A stretch of DNA of 64,000 nt from the NCBI GenBank assembly GCA_963783305.1, contig CAWAMW010000006.1, positions 1 to 64,000 of the forward strand, read 5' to 3'. Both the position numbers and the translations under genes were made by a program. The DNA is from an uncultured Gemmatimonadales bacterium (GTDB lineage Bacteria > Gemmatimonadota > Gemmatimonadetes > Longimicrobiales > RSA9). Positions 48,153-56,706 of the stretch are shown piece by piece; position 1 is the stretch's first letter; each line of letters starts with the position of its first letter. Below the pieces are notes generated by a model. The model was given only the letters and a program-made list of their open reading frames with translations, did not search any database and was not told where the DNA came from.

Positions 48153-49310
48153 ATGAGCGACAGGAATCCATTCGAGTACGGGCGGGAGCTGGACCGTGCG
48201 GAGTTGGTGGACCGCGAGGCCGAGCTGACGGAGATCGCGCGCGTGATCCGGAACCGCGGGAAGCTGTTCCTCATAGGGCCGCGCCGGTTCGGCAAGACCT
48301 CGCTGCTGGCCGCGGCGGCGGCGGATGCGACCCGGGCGGGGACGGTGGTCCTCCGGTTCGATGCGGAGAAGTACGAGACGCTGCCGCTCCTGGCGGCGGC
48401 CATCCTGACGGCGGCGGTGCGGTCGCTCCAGGGGCCGGTAGAGAAGCTGGCCGGGATGCTGGCGCGGGCGGCGTCGCGGCTGCGGCCGACGGTGGAGGTG
48501 GACCCGCTGACGGGGGCGGTCTCGGTGGGGATTGGGGCGTCGTCATCGGAGTTGGGTGCGCTGCCGCTGCTGGCGGAGTCGCTGGACGCGGTGGAGGTGT
48601 TGGCGGCGGAGTCGGGTCGGGACGTGGTGGTGGTGCTGGACGAAGTGCAGCAGGTGGTGGTGGAGCACGGCGAGGCGGCGGAGCGGCAGCTGCGGGCGAC
48701 GGTGCAGGGGCATCGTCACGTGGGATACATCTTCGCCGGGTCGGCGACTCGCCTCCTGACGGCCATGACGACGGACGCGAACCGGCCCTTCTACCGGCTG
48801 GGCGCCATAACCTTCCTGGGCCCGGTCCCCGCGGCCGACTTCCTGGCCTTCCTGGACGAGGGCTTCCGCGCGAGCGGGTTCGCCGTTGCGGAGGGCGGAT
48901 GCGCCCGTATTCTCGAGCGCGCGGACGGGGTGCCGTACAACGTGCAGCGGCTGGCCCACGAGGCGTGGGAGATGCTGCGGGCGGGCGAGGTCTCGTCGCT
49001 GGAGCCGTCGGTGGTGGATCGTGCGGTGGAGCGCATCGTCGCCCGGGAGGACCCGGCGTACACGCAGCTGTGGACGTCGCTTACGACGAACCAGAAGAAG
49101 TCCCTGAAGGCGGCCATCGCGCTGGGAGGCACGGGGCTGCAGTCGGCCGAGGCCGGGCGGCGGTTCGACATCTCGCCGGCCAGTGTCCAGGTGGCGCTGG
49201 CGGCGCTGGAGGACCGACACCTGCTCCGGCGGGAAACGGACGCGGCCGGCCGCTACCGGCTGGTGGACCCGTTCCTGGCCGCCTGGCTCGCGGCGGCGCA
49301 GTCGGTATGA
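48153..49310 (+). CDS. AAA+ ATPase (archaeal-type, STAND-like) with C-terminal wHTH
   Basis: NPF.YG..LVDRE.E, GPRRFGKTS, VVVLDEVQ, FAGS, G.PY..Q.L, Y...DPF...W. Confidence 0.85.
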   Translation: MSDRNPFEYGRELDRAELVDREAELTEIARVIRNRGKLFLIGPRRFGKTSLLAAAAADATRAGTVVLRFDAEKYETLPLLAAAILTAAVRSLQGPVEKLAGMLARAASRLRPTVEVDPLTGAVSVGIGASSSELGALPLLAESLDAVEVLAAESGRDVVVVLDEVQQVVVEHGEAAERQLRATVQGHRHVGYIFAGSATRLLTAMTTDANRPFYRLGAITFLGPVPAADFLAFLDEGFRASGFAVAEGGCARILERADGVPYNVQRLAHEAWEMLRAGEVSSLEPSVVDRAVERIVAREDPAYTQLWTSLTTNQKKSLKAAIALGGTGLQSAEAGRRFDISPASVQVALAALEDRHLLRRETDAAGRYRLVDPFLAAWLAAAQSV

Positions 49311-49450
49311 CGCGTCCGGGGATTGCACCCGCGTTGCCTTCGGCTCGCTGATCTCGTTCGACGGGGCGCACGGGCGGAGTACGCGGTCCGTCTGGATAGT
49401 CGAACCGCCCGAGTCGCGGTGTCCGCCCCTGTTGATGCTGGACGGCCGGT

Positions 49451-49870
49451 TCAGGCCGCGGGCGTCGCGGCCCGCCGGACGTCGGGTGCAGCCGTCACGC
49501 CGTGGGCCCTCAGGAGCGTGCTGGCCTGCATGAGCAGGTGACGCGGCGACACGGGCTTGGCGAGGGCCATGTCCGCGTGGACGCCGGCGGGCGGGGTCGG
49601 GCGGAACGGATCGATGCTGGTGGAGCAGAGGATGGTCGGCGTGCGCTGCCCCGGCACCAGGGCCGCCATGGTCCGGATGGCGTCGACCCAGACCGGGTCG
49701 TCGTACACCTCCGTCACGACCAGGGCCGGCTCGAAACGGGCGAACAGCCGGAGCCCATCCTCCGCGTTCTCCGCCTCGACAACGACATGACCGTGGTGAC
49801 GGAAGCAGTCGCCGTACATGGACCGCGTGGCCGCGCTGGGATCGATCAACAGAATGGGCGCGTTCCTCAT
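49451..49870 (-). CDS. Atypical stand-alone response-regulator receiver
   Basis: ILLID..., VEAEN..DGL..., P.LVVTE (Glu at the phosphoacceptor position), L.KP. Confidence 0.7.
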   Translation of the reverse strand: MRNAPILLIDPSAATRSMYGDCFRHHGHVVVEAENAEDGLRLFARFEPALVVTEVYDDPVWVDAIRTMAALVPGQRTPTILCSTSIDPFRPTPPAGVHADMALAKPVSPRHLLMQASTLLRAHGVTAAPDVRRAATPAA

Positions 49871-50260
49871 CAGACACTCCTCGTCGAGGTGCAGTACAGG
49901 GGGAGAGGAGGCCCGGAAACAGGGCGAGAGCCGTGCTACCGTGGCGGAGAATCCGGCAAGATGTTCAGGCCCAACGACATGGGGCGCCGGCACGGCCTTT
50001 GGCAGCCGCGTGGCGGCATGGCAACGTGCAGCGTTCGTGGCACTATGCACGGGCGGTGGGGGCTCCCCCGCGCCCGCCTGACGTCTCGACAGCCAGCACG
50101 AGAAGCCGACTGTCACGCCCAAGTGGAGCCAGCTCCCGACATCCTCGCCGGTCCAACCCTCGTTTGCTACTCTGGAGCTGCCCCCCCGACCCGATCCCGG
50201 CTAGAATCGCCGACGCCGGCCACCCGGTCCGACCAAAGGAGGCGGCGACGTTCCGTCCCC

Positions 50261-50671
50261 TGCGGGCTCATGGTGGCCAACCTCCTGGCCCACACGGACC
50301 TGTTCGCCGCCGGGATCGCCCGGAGCGGCTCGTACAACAAGACCAACCAGCCGTTCGGATTCCAGTCCGAGCGACGATCGCTGTTCGAGGCGCGGGAGGC
50401 GTACATCCAGCTCTCGCCGACGTTCTTCGCCGACCAGGTGAACGAGCCCGTGCTCGTCATCCACGGCAACGACGACTCGAACCCCGGCACCCGCACCTAC
50501 CAGAGCGAGGTCTTCTTCGAGGCCGTGCGTGGTTCCGGCGGCACCACGCGGCTGGTGCTCCTCCCCTTCGAGGACCACGGCTACCGGGCCATCGAGAGCA
50601 TCGAGCACGTGCTCTGGGAGCAGCTCGAGTGGTTCGACCGGTACGTGAAGGGGAAGCACGCAGCGAAGTAG
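50261..50671 (+). pseudogene. S9 prolyl-oligopeptidase C-terminal fragment
   Basis: M.ANLL.HTDLF.AGIARSGSYN...PFGFQSE, IHG.DD.N.GT, E.HGY; similarity begins just after where the GxSxG motif should be. Confidence 0.7.
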
Positions 50672-50719
50672 GACGCCGCGGGGGTCGTGGAGACCGAGCT
50701 CAACGCACGGGTCTGGAGC

Positions 50720-53626
50720 TCACGGCGAAACCTGAGCCTGCTCCCCACCCGGACCCGAGTTCGCCGGGGAGCCGGGGGCGGTCAGCCGATCGGCCTGCTC
50801 CCGGGCCTCCCGGAGGATCTCCTCGGCCCTGCCATCCGCCTCTTCGGTGAGCTGGGTGGCGCGACGGTCGGCTTCCTGGCGAAGCCGGCTCCCCGCCGCT
50901 TCGGCCGCACGGCGCGCGATGGGGTTTTCCGCCTCGGCCACCAGCCCGCGGGCCTGGCGGTCGGCTTCGTCCCGGAGCCGGGCGGCCGCCCGCTCGGCCT
51001 CTGTCCGGACCCGCTCGGCCTGAACGGCGGCGGCTGCCACGATGGAGTCCGCCCGCACGCGGGCTTCCTCCCGTGCGGCCTCGACTCGTGACCGGGCCTC
51101 CTCCTCCGCCTGGAGTCGCGCCCGCTCGACGCGCTCGCGGGCTTCGGTGGCCTGGCGGTCGGCCTCCTCCTCGAGGCGGGTGCGGGCCTGGCCGGCGAGA
51201 TCGGCGCCGGCCGAGGCGAGCGCTTCGGCGAGGTTCACGGTCACGCTGGGGTCCTGGAAGGTCCCGCCGATGGTCGCCTCCACGCGGACGGCCTCGGCGT
51301 CCGAGAGACGGAGGCCGGCCCGTCCCGCCCGGCCGATGAGATCGCCGATGACACGGTTCGCGTCGTTGCCCAGGGCGGCCCTGGGGAGCTGGAGCTCCAC
51401 GGTATAGCTCAGCGACCCGTCGATCCCGTTGGAGCCCGCGACCATGGCGGCGCCGGGGCCGAGCTGGAGGGTGAACGGACGAACGTGGAGGCGGCCGTCC
51501 CGCACCTGGAGCGATGCGGCGAAGTCGGATACCGTCGGGCTCCGGAGCGCCTCGATCCGGACGGCCTCCGCCAGGCGGTCCAGCGCCGGCACTCCCTGCA
51601 CTCCCAGGCTCTGCGTCCGTATCCCGCCCTCGCCGTTGAGCGTGGGGAGCGCGACGGTCATGTCCCCACCGACGATCCCGCGCACCGCCAGGTCGGAGGA
51701 GAAGGTCCCCGTGGCGTATCGGGCGGCTGGGGCGAGGGCGCGGACGGTGTTGAGCGTCTCGAAGGCGCTCGGAATGTCGACGCCGGCGATCGCCAGCGCG
51801 AGGTCGAACGCGGGGCGGTCGGGGTTCAGGGTCTCGTACCACCCGCGGGCCACGATCTCGCCACCGAGGGTGGCCACACCGAAGTCGTCGAGGGTGACCC
51901 GCTGGTTCCGGACTCCGAGGTCGCCCCGGGCATCGGTCATGACCAGGCGTCCGAACGTCATGGAGTCCACGTCCGCCGAAACCGTCAGGTCGAGATTGCC
52001 CGGCACGGGGATGATCTCGAGACCCCGCGGGTCGTTCCGCTTCCATTCGTCCAGCGCCAGGTAGCGGCTCCGGAGCTCCGCTCGCCCCTGAAGGGCCTCG
52101 CCGTTGAGGAGGAAGGCCAGGAGGTTGTCGACGCGCGCGCTCCCCTCCAGCGCGCTGGAGCCGATGGACCCCCGAAAGGCCGGGATCTCCGCGTGCCGCG
52201 GCGAGAGGTCCAGCGTAAGTGCCTCGACCACCACCCGCTCGGGCACCCCTTTACCGGCCACCACGACATCGGTCAGGGCCACTCGTCCGGTGGCCTCGAT
52301 CCGCTCGTAGGCTTCCGCCTCCACCCACGATCGGCGGGCGTGGACGGACGCATCCGCGACGATCTGTCCCGCCAACTCCTCGATCCCTTCCAGCTTTACT
52401 GCATTGCCCAGCGCCGCCAGGTCCAGCCGCCCATTTACCAACGCTCTGACCTCGGGGTCGGACACGGGCGTGGAGAGCCCGAGCGCGGCCGTGAACGGGG
52501 CGCCCTCGACCGCGAACGTGAGACGCTCCACCTCCACCACCGTGCTGTCCAGGTCCGCGGCCGGTTGTCGCACGGCCAGGTCGAGGAAGACGTCGGTGAC
52601 GGGGACCCGAAGGTCGTCGTAGCGGAACCGCCCGTCGTCCACCCGCGCGTTCACGGCAAAGGACGGCACGGCGCCGCCTCCGATCCGACCCCGGACATAC
52701 CCATCCACGGCCACGGTGCCGTCGGCCTCGAGACCGGCCGCCTCGTCCGTGAGGATGGCGGGGATCAGCGAGAGGATGTCCCGGAACCCGGCCCGGTCCG
52801 CCGCGAACGTCACGTCCACCTCGGACCCCTCCTCGAGGCGCCGGAGCGATCCGTCGAAGGAAACGGCGAGGTCGTTCACGGCGACGCGATTCTCCCGCAG
52901 CGTAAAGAGCCCGTCCGCCATGTTCGCGTCGATGTCGGCCTCCGCGGCGACCCGGGCAGCCGTCAGGTAGGGAACGCCGGCCTGGCGGAGGGTCACGGAC
53001 CCGGCCTCGGTGCGGCTCCGCAGGCCGAAGCGCTCGGCGCCCAGATCCCCGGACATGCTGTGGCTCAGGTCGGAGACGCGCAGGTGGAGTCCGCTGCGGT
53101 CGTCGTCGTACTCGATGCGCCCGTCGTCGACCTCCAGCAGCCGGAGATCGAGCCGGAGGTCCCGCGACCCGGCGACCTCCGGCTCCCCGGCGCTCGCCTC
53201 CTCGAGCGCCTTCATGATGTCCCAGCTGGCCCGACCACCTTCCAGGACGCGGGCCCGGAGCAGCGGGGCCGAGGCGTGGACGCTCCGCACCACCACGGCC
53301 TCACCCCGGCGGAGCGCTCCTATGGCGCTCCCCAGCCCGATGACCACCCGGAACCGGTCGGCGTGCGCCAGTGTGTCGCCGGCGAAGACGCCGACGCCGG
53401 TCACCGTCAGCCCCTCCACGGTCACGGCGAGGTTGGGGAAATGGCGGAAGAGGCCGAGGTCGATGTCCTCGTAGGTGACCTCGGCGTCGACCCGGCGCTC
53501 GAGGGCGGCCGCAACGCGTCGCTCGATGGGGCCACCAAAGAAGAGCGGGATCGCCGCGAGGGTGACGACCACGAGGAGGAGGATTCCGGCGACGATCTGG
53601 AAGAGACGCTTCATCACGGCGACCAT
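50720..53626 (-). CDS. AsmA-family protein
   Basis: N-terminal TM, LF.HFPNL, long beta-rich body, C-terminal charged helical tail. Confidence 0.85.
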   Translation of the reverse strand: MVAVMKRLFQIVAGILLLVVVTLAAIPLFFGGPIERRVAAALERRVDAEVTYEDIDLGLFRHFPNLAVTVEGLTVTGVGVFAGDTLAHADRFRVVIGLGSAIGALRRGEAVVVRSVHASAPLLRARVLEGGRASWDIMKALEEASAGEPEVAGSRDLRLDLRLLEVDDGRIEYDDDRSGLHLRVSDLSHSMSGDLGAERFGLRSRTEAGSVTLRQAGVPYLTAARVAAEADIDANMADGLFTLRENRVAVNDLAVSFDGSLRRLEEGSEVDVTFAADRAGFRDILSLIPAILTDEAAGLEADGTVAVDGYVRGRIGGGAVPSFAVNARVDDGRFRYDDLRVPVTDVFLDLAVRQPAADLDSTVVEVERLTFAVEGAPFTAALGLSTPVSDPEVRALVNGRLDLAALGNAVKLEGIEELAGQIVADASVHARRSWVEAEAYERIEATGRVALTDVVVAGKGVPERVVVEALTLDLSPRHAEIPAFRGSIGSSALEGSARVDNLLAFLLNGEALQGRAELRSRYLALDEWKRNDPRGLEIIPVPGNLDLTVSADVDSMTFGRLVMTDARGDLGVRNQRVTLDDFGVATLGGEIVARGWYETLNPDRPAFDLALAIAGVDIPSAFETLNTVRALAPAARYATGTFSSDLAVRGIVGGDMTVALPTLNGEGGIRTQSLGVQGVPALDRLAEAVRIEALRSPTVSDFAASLQVRDGRLHVRPFTLQLGPGAAMVAGSNGIDGSLSYTVELQLPRAALGNDANRVIGDLIGRAGRAGLRLSDAEAVRVEATIGGTFQDPSVTVNLAEALASAGADLAGQARTRLEEEADRQATEARERVERARLQAEEEARSRVEAAREEARVRADSIVAAAAVQAERVRTEAERAAARLRDEADRQARGLVAEAENPIARRAAEAAGSRLRQEADRRATQLTEEADGRAEEILREAREQADRLTAPGSPANSGPGGEQAQVSP

Positions 53627-53778
53627 TTCGGGTTCGGAGAGGCCAGCTGGAGAAAGATAGCGGAGTCCGCTTCCAGGGGCATTCGTTCACGTCAGGGGGC
53701 GCAGGGTACGCGCGCCGTGAAGGGCCGAGGTGAGCGGGGCAAGGAGTTTCTGCCGCTCGTCCATGGAGGTGGCGCGAT

Positions 53779-54714
53779 CTACGGACCACCCTTCTCCCGG
53801 ACCGCCGGCTCGATGAGCTCCAGCGACGCGGCCTCGCCATCCAGCCGCGCCCGCGCGCCCACCGGCAGCGTCCAGTTGTGCTCCACGTGGCCGAACGGCA
53901 GGTCCAGGACGGCCGGCACGCCTAGGCGGAGCGCGAACTCCTCCAGGACGTCGGCGACGGGGTGGGGGTCATCATCGGGGTCGGTGAAGCGCCCGAAGGC
54001 GAGGCCGGCGATGCCGTCGGTCGTGCCGGCGCGCTCGAGCTGGAGCAGGAGGCGGTCCACCCGGTACGCGGGCTCGCCCACCTCCTCGAGGAACAGGATC
54101 CGTCCCCGGGCGTCGGGCGTGTCGGGGCTCCCGAGCAGTGCCGCCACGAGCGCCAGGTTCCCGCCGATGAGCGGCGCCTCGGCGACGCCCGGCACCAGCG
54201 TCCGGGGCGGCGGGTCCTCCTCCCGCCGGGGCAGGGTGCCGGGCGGCTCGGCGCGGAAGAGGACGCGCCGGAACGCCTCCTCGGTCTCCGGCGGAAAGTC
54301 GGCGTTGGGGTGCGGTCCGTGGAAGGACCCGACGCCCATGGCGGCGTGACGCACGTGAAGGGTGGTGTTGTCGCTGAAGCCGATGAACGGGATCGGGTCC
54401 CGGCGCTGGCGATCGAGGTCGAGCCGGTCGAGGATGCGCAGCGTTCCGTAGCCGCCGCGGAGCGCCCAGACGGCGTCGGTGTCCGGGTCGTCGAAGGCGC
54501 TCTGGAGGTCCTGGAGCCGGGCCTCGTCGGTGCCCGCCAGGAACCGGTGCCGGGCGCGGGCGGACGGATACAGCACGGGGTCCAGGCCGAGGGACCGGCA
54601 GCGCTCGACGGATGCCTCGATCTGCGCCGGGTCCAGCGGCCCGGCGGGGGCGACCAGGGCAACGCGGGCTCCCGCGCTCAGAGCTCGGGGACGCGCGGCA
54701 GATGGGGCGGTCAT
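53779..54714 (-). CDS. ldcA: LD-carboxypeptidase (S66)
   Basis: LAGTD..RL.DL, RGGYG, GFSDNT, GGNL, LFLEEV.E..YR.DR, FGH. Confidence 0.9.
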   Translation of the reverse strand: MTAPSAARPRALSAGARVALVAPAGPLDPAQIEASVERCRSLGLDPVLYPSARARHRFLAGTDEARLQDLQSAFDDPDTDAVWALRGGYGTLRILDRLDLDRQRRDPIPFIGFSDNTTLHVRHAAMGVGSFHGPHPNADFPPETEEAFRRVLFRAEPPGTLPRREEDPPPRTLVPGVAEAPLIGGNLALVAALLGSPDTPDARGRILFLEEVGEPAYRVDRLLLQLERAGTTDGIAGLAFGRFTDPDDDPHPVADVLEEFALRLGVPAVLDLPFGHVEHNWTLPVGARARLDGEAASLELIEPAVREKGGP

Positions 54715-54721
54715 CGTCGGC

Positions 54722-55264
54722 TCAACCGAACAGCAGCCTGACGACCCACACAGCGATGATCATGGCCGCGAAGTCGGCGGTCAGCCCGGCCGCCACCGCG
54801 TGCCGCGTCTTGCGGATGTTGATGGCGCCGAAGTAGACGGCGATCACGTAGAACGTCGTCTCGGTGGAGCCGAACATGGTGGCCGCCATCTTCACGAACA
54901 GCGAGTCCTCGCCGTACTGGTTGATCATGTCCACCACCAGCCCGGCCGAGCCGGAGCCCGTGAGCGGGCGGACGATGGCCATGGGCAGCACCTCGGCCGG
55001 GAACCCGATCAGGGAGAGGACCGGGTTGAGCCCCGTGGCCAGGGCATCCATGGCCCCGCTGGCGCGGAACATCCCGATGGCGAAGAGGATGGCGACCAGG
55101 TACGGGATGATCCGCACGGCCACGGTGAACCCCTCCTTCGCACCCTCCACGAAGGTCTCATAGACGGGGACCTTCTTGAAGAGCCCGTAGAGCGGGAACC
55201 CCACCACGATGAGCGGGATGACGAAATAGGAGGCGACGTTGATGATGTCGCGGAGCGTGTCCAT
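54722..55264 (-). CDS. spmB: SpmB-like membrane protein
   Basis: YE.FVEGAKEGF, RPLTGSG, GSTETTFYVIAVYFG. Confidence 0.9.
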   Translation of the reverse strand: MDTLRDIINVASYFVIPLIVVGFPLYGLFKKVPVYETFVEGAKEGFTVAVRIIPYLVAILFAIGMFRASGAMDALATGLNPVLSLIGFPAEVLPMAIVRPLTGSGSAGLVVDMINQYGEDSLFVKMAATMFGSTETTFYVIAVYFGAINIRKTRHAVAAGLTADFAAMIIAVWVVRLLFG

Positions 55265-56316
55265 CAGACGCCTCCCTTCTCACGCGCGACCCGGTTCGGC
55301 TCGCTGGCCCGAACCCCGGGCAGCTTGCCGTACAGCTTGGTCGCGACAATGGCGATGATCAGCGACAGCGCGGTGGTGATGATGATGGCGAAGATCAGCT
55401 GGTTGATCTGGAGCCCGAGCAGCGCCAGCAGCAGGACGGGCGGCACGAGCTGGACGCTCGCGGTGTTGATCGCCAGGAGCATGACCATGGGGTCCGTGGC
55501 CGTGTCGTCGCTCGGGTTGAGCTCCTGGAGCTCCTCCATGGCCTTGATGCCGAACGGCGTGGCGGCGTTGCCCAGGCCGAAAATGTTGGCGGTCATGTTC
55601 AGCGCGATCATGCCCAGCGCCGGGTGGTCCTCCGGGACGTCGGGGAACAGCGGCTTGAGGATCGGCCGGACCAGCCGGACCAGCGCGTGGATGAGCCCGG
55701 CCTCCTCGCCGATCTTGAGCAGCCCGAGGAACAGCGCCAGCACACCAATAAGGCTCAGCGCGATCTCGGCGGCCGTCTCGGCGAAGTCGAGGGCGGCGGC
55801 GGCGATGGCGTTCATCTTGACGAAGCGGATCCGGTCGAACCGGACCGCGGCGCGCGTCGACGGCAGCGGCGCCGGCATCACCTCCTCGGTCACACCCTCC
55901 ACTCCTTGCGACACCGCCGCCGCCGGCTGGCCCGGAGGTCCCGTGAAGTTCACCAGAGCGCCCTGCAGCTCCTCGTCCCGCGACTGTGACACCCCCTGGA
56001 TCGTCGCCAGCGGCTCCGGCAGCTCGGCGTCCGCCTCGAAGCGCAGCACCGTCCCCTCCCGCGTCTGCCGGAGGTAGCCCTCGTAGCTCTCGGCCGGCGT
56101 CTCCTCGGTGTCGTAGAACTCCTGGTATTCCTGCGCGTTCACCTGGATCCGCACCGGGACCCGCCGCGCATCAGGGTCGTAGCCCTCCGGGAACGCCAGC
56201 TCGACCGGGAGCGGCACCTGGTTCCGATACCTGTCGTGCCGGATGTCCTGGATGTCGGTCGCCAGGGCGAAAAACAGGCTCGAGACGATGAGGGCCGCCC
56301 AGATATAGTTCAGCAT
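55264..56316 (-). CDS. spmA: SpmA-like protein with soluble insert
   Basis: MLNYIW, LFPDVP..HPA.G, ANIFGLGNAATPFGIKAM.EL, INTASVQL. Confidence 0.9.
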   Translation of the reverse strand: MLNYIWAALIVSSLFFALATDIQDIRHDRYRNQVPLPVELAFPEGYDPDARRVPVRIQVNAQEYQEFYDTEETPAESYEGYLRQTREGTVLRFEADAELPEPLATIQGVSQSRDEELQGALVNFTGPPGQPAAAVSQGVEGVTEEVMPAPLPSTRAAVRFDRIRFVKMNAIAAAALDFAETAAEIALSLIGVLALFLGLLKIGEEAGLIHALVRLVRPILKPLFPDVPEDHPALGMIALNMTANIFGLGNAATPFGIKAMEELQELNPSDDTATDPMVMLLAINTASVQLVPPVLLLALLGLQINQLIFAIIITTALSLIIAIVATKLYGKLPGVRASEPNRVAREKGGV

Positions 56317-56536
56317 GGGGCATCGGGGGGGCGCACGTGGAGGAGGGGAGTGGACACCATGGCTCGAAGAGTGGGCTCAGGGTTCTCGCGGTCGCTACGC
56401 TGTGGACGTCGGCCGCCCTTGCAGGCATCAGGCCAGTAGCTGTCGACGGGGGCGAAGCGGTGGTGCAGGGTGCGGCGGAGACCGGGGGTGTGGGTCGCAG
56501 GCGGCGGCGAGTGGGCTGGGCCCGGGGAGCGCGCTT

Positions 56537-56558
56537 CGCAAACAAACGTTTGATTGCG
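56537..56558. promoter_or_regulatory. Palindromic operator-like site
   Basis: CGCAAACAAACGTTTGATTGCG, 22-bp inverted repeat with one mismatched pair, between divergent genes. Confidence 0.55.
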
Positions 56559-56706
56559 ATGTAGGGTATTCCACCACATCCATGTGGGGCGATACCCTGC
56601 AGGTGAGCGTGTCGTGAACGGGCGTGTCCAGCTCGTGACCACCCCGGAAGCCTCACCCTTCGTGGTCGGACCCCCGTCCCGAACCCCCCATGAAAGGTGC
56701 TCGACC

